A stretch of DNA of 46,932 nt. Source: an uncultured Treponema sp. (GTDB lineage Bacteria > Spirochaetota > Spirochaetia > Treponematales > Treponemataceae). The notes beneath the pieces were generated by a model. It saw nothing but the letters and a program-made list of their open reading frames with translations, had not been told where the DNA came from and did no database searches. Shown piece after piece: positions 28,858 to 37,095 of this stretch. Made by a program: the position numbers and the translations under genes. The stretch covers positions 1 to 46,932 of the forward strand of contig CALCEK010000246.1 in NCBI GenBank assembly GCA_937900125.1, given 5' to 3'. The number at the start of each line of letters is the position of its first letter. Within the stretch, counting starts at the first letter, position 1.

Positions 28858-29625
28858 ATGGAAAAGATGGTGACAAAAACAGAAGAATCGTCAGAAACAG
28901 AAAATCAAGCAAAAACAGTATGGACTCTTCTTTGCGCCACCATCACAGGAAGCGGTTCTGCGCTTTTTTGCAGTCTTGTTTGGGGACGAGTTTCAAGACC
29001 AATTACACTTTTAATTACACTCGGCTCTGTTGCCGTAGGTGCAATGTTGGCATTCCGATTGCGAAATTCAAAGCAAAAAAGAAAAATCTCGCTTTTTGTA
29101 AGCCTTGGCATTTTTGCGATTTTTGTTGCATTTGGACTCTACCTTGCTTCTGATTTTGCACTTGTAAAACGAAAGTGGCGAGTTTATAACTTGGGGCTTA
29201 CAACTTTTTCTTATCCCGCAGATTTTAAGCAAAAGGCACTTCCGCTTAATTTTTTGCAAAATGGCGAAGTTTTTATTTTTACAAACGAAAACGCAAAACG
29301 CTATGCTACTTATATGATTTATGAGTTTAACGATTATTACCCTGAATTGTCCGAATCACTTTCTAGTGCTGTTTTAAGTTTACTTTCAAGTTTTAAGGCA
29401 ACTTTTGATTCTTGGGAAGAAAATGAAGAATCAAAGGCAAACGCTCTAAAGTTTCGCTTTAATTATACTTTGCACGGAAAAAAATATACAGGAATCGCGT
29501 ATGCGGCTTCTGACGTTGTGGACGAACAAAATGCGCGGTACGAATTACTAATGTTTTTTCCGCTCAAAAAAAAATATTCCCCAAAACTTATGGAACGCAT
29601 AGAGAATGAAATCAAATTAAGATAA
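28858..29625 (+). CDS. Hypothetical membrane protein (3 N-terminal TM segments plus a soluble domain)
   Basis: 255-aa ORF filling the gap between map and icd on the same strand, with hydrophobic segments. Confidence 0.7.
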   Translation: MEKMVTKTEESSETENQAKTVWTLLCATITGSGSALFCSLVWGRVSRPITLLITLGSVAVGAMLAFRLRNSKQKRKISLFVSLGIFAIFVAFGLYLASDFALVKRKWRVYNLGLTTFSYPADFKQKALPLNFLQNGEVFIFTNENAKRYATYMIYEFNDYYPELSESLSSAVLSLLSSFKATFDSWEENEESKANALKFRFNYTLHGKKYTGIAYAASDVVDEQNARYELLMFFPLKKKYSPKLMERIENEIKLR

Positions 29626-29651
29626 TTTTAAGAAAAAAAAAGGAGCAAATT

Positions 29652-30854
29652 ATGGCAAAGATTCAAATGAAAAATGCAATCGCGGAGCTTGACGGCGATG
29701 AAATGACTCGCATTTTGTGGAAGCTCATAAAAGACCAGCTTTTAACACCTTTTGTTGACCTAAAAACTGAATACTACGATTTAGGTCTTGTTGAACGCGA
29801 CAAAACTGATGACAAAATAACCTACGAGGCTGCAAAAGCAATCAAGCGACTTGGTGTAGGCGTAAAATGCGCAACAATTACCAGCAACGCCGCCCGTATG
29901 GAAGAATATCACCTAACGCATCTTACCCCAAGTCCCAATGGAATTTTGCGCGGTGAACTTGACGGCACGATTTTCCGTGCGCCGATTTTCGTAAATAACA
30001 TTCATCCCAACGTAAAAAGTTGGAAAAAACCAATCGTGCTAGGGCGACACGGCTATGGCGATGTCTACAAAAATTGCGAAATCAAAACAGAGGGTGCGGG
30101 AAAAGCGGAATTGGTGTTTACGGGTGCTGACGGAAAAGAAATCCGCAAAACAATCATGGAAATGAAGGGACCTGGAATTATTCAGGGAATTCACAATCTT
30201 GACGCTTCAATCGAAAGTTTTGCCCGTTGCTGTTTTAATTACGCGCTTGACAAAAAAATAAGCGTGTGGCTTGGCGCAAAAGACACAATCAGCAAAACCT
30301 ACGATGGAAATTTTAAAGAGATTTTCCAACGCATTTTCGATGAAGAATTCAAGGCAAAATTCCAAGAAAATAACATTGAATATTTTTACACCTTGATTGA
30401 CGACGCGGTTGCCCGTGTAATGAAAACGGAAGGCGGATTTTTGTGGGCGTGTAAAAATTACGATGGCGATGTGATGAGCGATATGATTGCCTCTGCATGC
30501 GGAAGCCTTGCAATGATGACAAGCGTTCTTGTAAGTCCGAATGGCGAATTTGAATTTGAGGCGAGTCACGGCACGGTGCAAAAACATTATTACCGCTATT
30601 TAAAAGGCGAAAAAACTTCTACAAATCCTGTTGCAACTATTTTTGCATGGACAGGCGCACTTGCAAAGAGAGCAGAACTTGACGGCACACCAGATTTATC
30701 CGATTTTGCGCACCGCCTAGAAAAAGCGACACTTTCAACAATAGAAGATGGTGTTATGACGGGCGATTTAGCGGCTTTAGCTGAACCCAAAGCAAGTAAA
30801 ATTGTAAATTCTTGGGAATTTATCGATGCAATAAAAAATAAATTGTCAATTTAA
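29652..30854 (+). CDS. icd: NADP-dependent isocitrate dehydrogenase
   Basis: DGDEMTRI, KCATIT, SPNGILR, KNYDGDVMSD, EASHGTV..H, TNPVA. Confidence 0.97.
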   Translation: MAKIQMKNAIAELDGDEMTRILWKLIKDQLLTPFVDLKTEYYDLGLVERDKTDDKITYEAAKAIKRLGVGVKCATITSNAARMEEYHLTHLTPSPNGILRGELDGTIFRAPIFVNNIHPNVKSWKKPIVLGRHGYGDVYKNCEIKTEGAGKAELVFTGADGKEIRKTIMEMKGPGIIQGIHNLDASIESFARCCFNYALDKKISVWLGAKDTISKTYDGNFKEIFQRIFDEEFKAKFQENNIEYFYTLIDDAVARVMKTEGGFLWACKNYDGDVMSDMIASACGSLAMMTSVLVSPNGEFEFEASHGTVQKHYYRYLKGEKTSTNPVATIFAWTGALAKRAELDGTPDLSDFAHRLEKATLSTIEDGVMTGDLAALAEPKASKIVNSWEFIDAIKNKLSI

Positions 30855-30863
30855 GGATATTTT

Positions 30864-31712
30864 ATGCCAAAAACCATAGCTGAAATTCATATAGAAGGTG
30901 TAATTGAAAAAGAAAATGCCACCTACAATCAAAAATGGTTGCTCGAAACAATAGAAAAAGTTACCGATGACAAAAGAAATGTTGCCATCATACTTTTTAT
31001 CGATTCGCCAGGTGGCGGAGTGTACCAGTCTGATGAAGTGTACAAGGCAATTCTCAATTACAAAGAAGAAACAAAACGTCCAGTTTACGCATATTTTGCT
31101 TCTCTTGCGGCAAGCGGAGGATATTACATCGGTTGTTCTGCCGACAAAATCATTGCAAACCGCAACACGCTTACGGGGAGCATTGGTGTAATTGCGGGAA
31201 ATTTTACCGATGCCACAAAACTTCTCGAAAAAATCGGGGTAAAAAGCGAAACAATTCACGCGGGAAAAAACAAAACGATGGGAAGCATTACAACGCCCAT
31301 TACAGACGAACAAAGAGCAATTATGCAAAGCATCGCGGATGAATGTTACAATCAATTTGTTGACATTGTAAGCGAAAGTCGCCACTTAGACCGCGAAACC
31401 ATTGTAAAATATGCCGACGGAAGAATTTACACGGCAAAACAGGCAAAAGAAGCGGGGTTAATTGACGAAATCGCCTTTTACGAACAAGTTGAAGAAATCT
31501 TAAAAGAAACTGAATTTAAAGACAAAAAGTATAAGGCAGAAATTAAAAAGTTTGAAGTTAAACAAAAAAAGGGAATCCGAAAACTGTTAGAAGGTACTAC
31601 GGGAAGAGCCTTTGTTTTGCCACAGGGAGAATCACTTTTTTCTGCATTAAATGAAGAATTAAAATCGCTCCCCTTCCCAGCTTGGTATTGGAAACGCCCA
31701 AACGTCCGCTAA
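30864..31712 (+). CDS. sppA: Signal peptide peptidase SppA (36K type, S49)
   Basis: IDSPGG, AASGGYY, TGSIGV, GKNK, DGRIYT. Confidence 0.92.
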   Translation: MPKTIAEIHIEGVIEKENATYNQKWLLETIEKVTDDKRNVAIILFIDSPGGGVYQSDEVYKAILNYKEETKRPVYAYFASLAASGGYYIGCSADKIIANRNTLTGSIGVIAGNFTDATKLLEKIGVKSETIHAGKNKTMGSITTPITDEQRAIMQSIADECYNQFVDIVSESRHLDRETIVKYADGRIYTAKQAKEAGLIDEIAFYEQVEEILKETEFKDKKYKAEIKKFEVKQKKGIRKLLEGTTGRAFVLPQGESLFSALNEELKSLPFPAWYWKRPNVR

Positions 31713-31719
31713 GAATTCT

Positions 31720-32541
31720 TTAATTTTTCTTAAAAAGACCGCACCACGGAAGCGCAAATTTTTTGCAAAGAGAATCGTATTCTTGGCGGTCTTTTTCTGA
31801 GCGCAACGAAGTAACAAAAAATGCGCAATCTGGTGGAAGATTTTTTATTTTTTCTAAAGGTTGCGCAGTTTTTTCTAAAACTCTAATAGCTTGTTTTGCA
31901 ACTCCATCTCGGCTATCTACAACGCGCACACTTTTTCCGCAAATATTTTTTACATCTTGTGCAATGTGAGTAAAATGTGTGCAACCCAAAATAATTGTAT
32001 CGCAAGCGCAAGAAGCAAAATAGTCAACAGCAGGTTTTATAGCGTCAATTTTTTCTTGCAGTGTAGCCGTAAACAATTTATGTTCCACAAAAGAAATCAA
32101 ATCGGGGTCGCCACGAGCAAAAACTTTGCAGTCAGAAGCAAAACGTTTTATAAGTTCTTGATTGTACGGGTGACGGACTGTCGCATTTGTCGCCAAAAGT
32201 CCTATACGTTTATTTAGGCTAACATCGGCTGCCAATTTAATTGCGGGAACAGTCCCAACAATCGGAACGGAAAAACGATTTCGCAATTCTTGTAAAGAAG
32301 TTACACTGATTGTATTGCACGCCACAACGATTTCCCTCGGCTGACAAAAATCAATCAAATCAGAAATAGCTCTTGAGGCACAGTCTATAATTTGACTTTC
32401 TGATTTTTCACCATAAGGAAAATGTGCAGTGTCCCCTAAATAAACACAACGCGAAGTCGGAATTCGCTTTTTTATTTCTAGCATATACGGAATTCCGCCC
32501 GTTCCGCTATCAAGAAAAGCAAAATCTACACAATTTTCCAT
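31720..32541 (-). CDS. murI: Glutamate racemase
   Basis: DSGTGG, DTAHFPYGEKS, VACNT, LGCTHF. Start at the ATG at 32541, or the TTG at 32553. Confidence 0.96.
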   Translation of the reverse strand: MENCVDFAFLDSGTGGIPYMLEIKKRIPTSRCVYLGDTAHFPYGEKSESQIIDCASRAISDLIDFCQPREIVVACNTISVTSLQELRNRFSVPIVGTVPAIKLAADVSLNKRIGLLATNATVRHPYNQELIKRFASDCKVFARGDPDLISFVEHKLFTATLQEKIDAIKPAVDYFASCACDTIILGCTHFTHIAQDVKNICGKSVRVVDSRDGVAKQAIRVLEKTAQPLEKIKNLPPDCAFFVTSLRSEKDRQEYDSLCKKFALPWCGLFKKN

Positions 32542-32565
32542 ATCCGATTCCAATTTAAGATTTTT

Positions 32566-32847
32566 TTAAGAAAACAGCGCATTAAATGCAGCTTTTGCCG
32601 AAGAAGCTTTATCTATAACTTCAGAATCGTTTGCCCAAAGCGTTTTTAGTGAAAAATGCGAACAAAAATTTGCCCTTTCTTTGTCGCTAACAGGAAAATC
32701 AATTGTTTCTCGGCAATCATAATGACTATTGCGGGAATAAAAATTGCAATTTTTACAAGAATGTAAATCAGCATGGCAGAAAGGACATTCATCGCCCCTA
32801 AAAACAGAACCTTCAATTTGAATATCTTTTTTGCATTTCCAACACAT
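32566..32847 (-). CDS. Small Cys-rich (probable Zn or Fe-S binding) hypothetical protein
   Basis: CWKC...CPFC..DLHSCKNC.FY...C.E....DKERANFC; has its own promoter. Confidence 0.82.
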   Translation of the reverse strand: MCWKCKKDIQIEGSVFRGDECPFCHADLHSCKNCNFYSRNSHYDCRETIDFPVSDKERANFCSHFSLKTLWANDSEVIDKASSAKAAFNALFS

Positions 32848-32899
32848 ACAAGCATTTTATCTATTTGACTAAATGTTTTCAATAGCGTACAGTAAGACT
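32848..32899. promoter_or_regulatory. Two overlapping divergent leaderless promoters
   Basis: Plus strand: TTGACT(32865)-17-TACAGT-6-ATG(32900). Minus strand: TTGAAA(32882)-17-TAAAAT-6-ATG(32847). Confidence 0.7.
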
Positions 32900-33544
32900 A
32901 TGTATGCCCTAAACAGATGTTGCTATGAAGGTTGCACAAAAATTGCACTTTCTTCTATTGATTCTGACGGAAATTTGCGGGAAGAAGAAGGTTTTTGCCT
33001 TGAACATAGCCCGAATCCCGAATACGCAACGCAAAAAATCAAAAATTACATTCTTACGCACGAAAAAATAGTCGGATTAAACGCGAGTTACATAACGTTT
33101 TCTGAATTTGAAATTGAAAACAAAAAGTTTTACGGCTGCAATTTTCAACATTGCACGTTCAGAAACGTTCATTCCAATAATTTGCGGGCAAGAATGTGTA
33201 TGTTTGACTTTTCTACATTTACCGATTGCAATTTTCCCGCTTCAAATATGCAATTTTCATCTTTTGCGGGAAGCAAATTTGTTCATACAGTTTGTACAGG
33301 AAGCGATTTAATTCACAACAATTTTAATGGAGCTACAGCTTACCAGTCTAGTTTTGACGATAGCGACCTTTACAACAGTCGATTTATTAAATCAGTCTTA
33401 ATAAATACGTCAATGGCAAATTGTAATTTAAAAAAAGTGGCGTTTTACGAATCTGTTAGAGAAGGTGTGAGTTTTCATTTGTCAAACACGCGAGAAGCTC
33501 TTATTGACAGGAGTGAAGGCGGACTTATTGGTGATGTTTCGTAA
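32900..33544 (+). CDS. Pentapeptide-repeat protein with N-terminal Cys/His motif
   Basis: Five-residue periodicity KFYGC NFQHC TFRNV...SFDDS DLYNS RFIKS; N-terminal C-x4-C...C-x2-H. Confidence 0.88.
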   Translation: MYALNRCCYEGCTKIALSSIDSDGNLREEEGFCLEHSPNPEYATQKIKNYILTHEKIVGLNASYITFSEFEIENKKFYGCNFQHCTFRNVHSNNLRARMCMFDFSTFTDCNFPASNMQFSSFAGSKFVHTVCTGSDLIHNNFNGATAYQSSFDDSDLYNSRFIKSVLINTSMANCNLKKVAFYESVREGVSFHLSNTREALIDRSEGGLIGDVS

Positions 33545-33576
33545 AAAACGCAAAAAGTTCGGAAAAAGGGAGTTTT

Positions 33577-34152
33577 ATGAAAATCTATTTTCATCTTTGC
33601 CTTGAAGAATTTACAAATTGCTATTTGGTTGTAAATGATGACCCCAAAATTAAAGAAGCGTTAATTGTTGACCCAGGGAAAATTTCAAATGAAATCATTA
33701 TGCAAATTGAAAATGGCGGATACCAACTTACTGGGGTCTTAGTCACTCACAATCACGAAAATCACGTACAAGGTCTTTCTACGCTCACAAAAATTTATTC
33801 GCCATACATTTATGCAGCTGATTATGGAATTGCAGGAAAAAGAACCGTTTTGCTACGCGGGGAGGGAACAATAAAAGTTGCAGGTTTAAACGTAGAATAT
33901 TTTTCTCTTCCTGGACACTCCGCCGACAGTATGATTTTTAAAATTGAAAATGTGATTTTTACGGGCGACACTCTTACAAGCGGAATTATTGGCGAAACAA
34001 ATGGCACTTTTTTTAAGAATATGTTAAGGTCGAATATACAAAAAAAAATATTTTCTCAAACAGACGACACTATACTTATGCCAGGTCACGGACCGCCGTC
34101 AACAGTTGCAAGTGAAAAACAATTCAACTTAGACATAAAAGGGAATCTCTGA
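33577..34152 (+). CDS. MBL-fold metallo-hydrolase (glyoxalase II-like)
   Basis: THNHENHV, PGHS, FTGD, PGHG. Confidence 0.9.
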   Translation: MKIYFHLCLEEFTNCYLVVNDDPKIKEALIVDPGKISNEIIMQIENGGYQLTGVLVTHNHENHVQGLSTLTKIYSPYIYAADYGIAGKRTVLLRGEGTIKVAGLNVEYFSLPGHSADSMIFKIENVIFTGDTLTSGIIGETNGTFFKNMLRSNIQKKIFSQTDDTILMPGHGPPSTVASEKQFNLDIKGNL

Positions 34153-34174
34153 GAGCCTAGAATTTTTAAACAAC

Positions 34175-35944
34175 TTATAGTGGCGCAATTAGCGTTGACC
34201 TTCCTGCGCCCAAGCCATAATGCGCAAACGCCCAAGCGTCAAGTTCGATTGCGGCTTGAACAAAATCTTTAGCATTAGTTCGCCTTATGTATGCGGTAAG
34301 GTCTGGTCGATTTTTGTTGAGCGTATTCCAATCTGCTTTACTTGCAAAATAATTTCCAACAGAATCAAGCCCCTGCTGCATAAGATATGCCATAAATTCG
34401 TTTTGCATAAGATATTCATCGTTTCTATCATAACCGAGCGATGGATAAGTTTCCCAATACACTTTTAAGAATTCAAGCGCAGTTTCGTCAAATTCTGAAT
34501 AAAGTTTTTCAACTTCATCGCGAAATTCCCTTTTTGTAAAGTAAATTCCGTGCCAACTTTCATGTGCCATAAGTTGATGCCTTAACCACATAGGCGATTC
34601 ACGGGAAATTGAAATGATTGCACCCTGCCCCTCGTCAAAAGTTCCTGTGGAATTTTTTACAATAATTCCATTTTTGATAAGAATCTCGCGTAACAAAAGT
34701 TCTTTTTGATTTAAGTTAAAATTAAGCATTGCAGCTTTTGTAAAAAATGCTGCCAAATCCTTTGCCTTGTAATCATGCGCATTGTATCCATGCCGATTTT
34801 TTATAAAATCATCGCTAACTAAAGTTCCTTTGTAGCCGTTTTTTTCAACAAAATAGGCAAGTCTAGTTAAAAATTGATTTTGCGTTTCGTAATTTGCAAA
34901 GTCAAACACCAAAACTTCGGGAAACTGTTGCCATCTAAAAAGTTCATAGTCATTTGACCGCCAAGATTTTAATGGCCATTCGTAAATTAAACCTAAATCT
35001 GTGGAAATTGGAAAAAGTGAGTCCGATTCAAAGGTTTGCGACAATTTTTTTTCTGAAGCCGAAAGTAAAACACTAGAAACCTGCGAAGCATTTTCTGTAA
35101 AAGTTAAAATTCCATAGTCTAATTTAAAAGTGGCAAGCGGAAGTAAAAATTCTTTTTGAGAAAAAGTGCGCCGAATTGTAAATTTTTCATTTCCGTAGCT
35201 AAAATTTACTCTCACCTGATTTTCTGGAGTTCCCTGATTGCTTAATTGTCTGAATTTAATCTTAATTTGTGGAGAATAAAGATTTTGGGCTTTTTGTAAT
35301 TCGGAAAAATAATACTTTGCCGACAAAAAATCAAAACTTTCTTGAAATTGTCTTAATTCGCCACCATTTTGACTGAGCGCGTAAAATGGAATTTTTTGGC
35401 TTTCGTCAAATCCCACAACTGCCGAAATAATGTCAACCATATTAACAATTACGCTTTTTGAAGAATCTTGAACATAAAATCCAACTGGTAATTCTTTTGT
35501 AAAATCTATGCAAAGCGAAAGTCTAATATTGTTGTCCACAAAAGAAGCATTTTCTGCAAGGACACAATTTTCTGTAGACAAAGGCATTTTAAGATTGTTT
35601 TTAGAATCAATATCTGTTTTATATAAAAAACCTATTTTTGCAAAAGAAAAAGTTTCTGCCGCCGCACCAATAGAATCCAATTTTTGAATCCCCAAAAAAA
35701 GAGATGCGCCTGTTTCTGAAAAAGCCTTTTTTCTTATTGCCTCCTGCTGCGATTCGGTAAAAAGATAGGCGGTTACGTCAGTTTTTTTTGTTTTTGCCAA
35801 AAAAAGTTCTTCTTGTAAAAATAAAAGCCCATCGTGTTCCGCATTTGAACATGAAACAGAAAAACTTAAAATAAACATAAAACATAGTAAAATGAAAAAA
35901 AAACGGAGTTTTGGGTGCAATACTAGAATTTTTGCATTTTTCAT
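34175..35944 (-). CDS. Hypothetical lipoprotein with an HExxH motif in the C-terminal domain
   Basis: 589-aa ORF; signal peptide ending FSVSC; AHESWHG followed by NEFMAY. Confidence 0.75.
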   Translation of the reverse strand: MKNAKILVLHPKLRFFFILLCFMFILSFSVSCSNAEHDGLLFLQEELFLAKTKKTDVTAYLFTESQQEAIRKKAFSETGASLFLGIQKLDSIGAAAETFSFAKIGFLYKTDIDSKNNLKMPLSTENCVLAENASFVDNNIRLSLCIDFTKELPVGFYVQDSSKSVIVNMVDIISAVVGFDESQKIPFYALSQNGGELRQFQESFDFLSAKYYFSELQKAQNLYSPQIKIKFRQLSNQGTPENQVRVNFSYGNEKFTIRRTFSQKEFLLPLATFKLDYGILTFTENASQVSSVLLSASEKKLSQTFESDSLFPISTDLGLIYEWPLKSWRSNDYELFRWQQFPEVLVFDFANYETQNQFLTRLAYFVEKNGYKGTLVSDDFIKNRHGYNAHDYKAKDLAAFFTKAAMLNFNLNQKELLLREILIKNGIIVKNSTGTFDEGQGAIISISRESPMWLRHQLMAHESWHGIYFTKREFRDEVEKLYSEFDETALEFLKVYWETYPSLGYDRNDEYLMQNEFMAYLMQQGLDSVGNYFASKADWNTLNKNRPDLTAYIRRTNAKDFVQAAIELDAWAFAHYGLGAGRSTLIAPL

Positions 35945-35989
35945 ACCGCTATACTACACTTTTTTTGCACTTTACTCTATACTTTTTGC
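35945..35989. promoter_or_regulatory. Divergent leaderless promoter candidates
   Basis: Minus strand: TAGTAT-agcggt-ATG(35944). Plus strand: TATACT-ttttgc-ATG(35990). The -35 boxes are weak. Confidence 0.5.
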
Positions 35990-36457
35990 ATGGAAACAAA
36001 AAAAGCCATAATTCCGCACAAAGATACGGCATTTTTTCTTGCAAAAACGGCGAAAATGTGCATTTCTCTTTACAACGCTCCATTTTTGTCCGATGATGTG
36101 CGAAAAAAAGCTTTTCCTGTTTTTCCACAATGGATTTTTTTAGACGAAATACCAGAAAACATCACGTGTATTGAGCTTAATTTACCCTTAAAATGTAAAA
36201 CCGAACTTTACTTTCCTGTAAAACTTTTTTTAGAACAAAATTCTCTCAATATAATGGAAGAAAAAATCAAATTTGCGCAGATTTTAGAAGATTCTGAAAA
36301 CTCAGAAGAAAAATTAAAATTGCCAACTTTAGTTCAAGAAAAATTTCCTATGCAACTAAAAATTTTCCGCACAGGAAAAGTGCTTTTAACAGAAAACAGT
36401 TGGCAATTTTTTGAAGAAAAATGGCATAAACTCAACGGTTCAACGCCACAGAAATAA
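35990..36457 (+). CDS. Hypothetical protein
   Basis: 155-aa ORF filling an intergenic gap, preceded by a -10 box; no recognisable motif. Confidence 0.6.
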   Translation: METKKAIIPHKDTAFFLAKTAKMCISLYNAPFLSDDVRKKAFPVFPQWIFLDEIPENITCIELNLPLKCKTELYFPVKLFLEQNSLNIMEEKIKFAQILEDSENSEEKLKLPTLVQEKFPMQLKIFRTGKVLLTENSWQFFEEKWHKLNGSTPQK

Positions 36458-36503
36458 AAATGCAATAAAAGTCTACAACTGCTTTACATTTGTTTAGCAA
36501 TAT

Positions 36504-36995
36504 TTATTGCATAACTTTTTCGCCTCTATCCATAGCGGTTAAACCAGATTTTAAAAGTTCAAGGATTCCGTAAGGCTCTAGCAATTTTATAAGTGAACTG
36601 ATTTTTTCCTCGCTTCCTGTAGCTTCAACTATAAGACTATTTTCAGAAACATCAACAATGTGTGCACGGAAAATATTGCAAGTTTCTATTACAACAGCGC
36701 GATTTGCCCCGCCAGCTTTAACTTTTATAAGTGCCATTTCTCGCTGAGTTGTCGCTACTGAATCGCAATGTTCTATTGAGATAACTTCAACTAATTTTGA
36801 AAGTTGTTTTTCAATTTGCTCTAAAATGTATTCATCACCGCGAACAACGATTGTCATACGGCTTCGTGAAGGAACAGCGGTTTCACAAACGGTAAGAGAA
36901 TCAATATTATACCCCCGTCGGCTAAATAATCCTGAAACACGGCTTAAAACACCCGCATGATTTTCTACCAAAACCGAAAGAACATATTTTTCCAT
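36504..36995 (-). CDS. ilvN: Acetolactate synthase small (regulatory) subunit
   Basis: LSVLVENHAGVLSRVSGLFSRRGYNIDSL, EQIEKQLSKLVEV, REMALIKV. Confidence 0.96.
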   Translation of the reverse strand: MEKYVLSVLVENHAGVLSRVSGLFSRRGYNIDSLTVCETAVPSRSRMTIVVRGDEYILEQIEKQLSKLVEVISIEHCDSVATTQREMALIKVKAGGANRAVVIETCNIFRAHIVDVSENSLIVEATGSEEKISSLIKLLEPYGILELLKSGLTAMDRGEKVMQ

Positions 36996-37095
36996 AAAAA
37001 TCTCCTCTATATGTTAAGACAAAGCTCAATTTATAAATTTAAGACTATTTTTAGCTTTGCAATAAATTCTAAAAACAATGCCTTTTACGCGACAC

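Noticed and set aside
32900..33544. qnr quinolone resistance gene
   Set aside because: Pentapeptide repeats alone are not diagnostic; it has an extra N-terminal domain and a core-genome context.
33577..34152. Metallo-beta-lactamase resistance gene
   Set aside because: No signal peptide; the motifs fit cytoplasmic glyoxalase II-like hydrolases.
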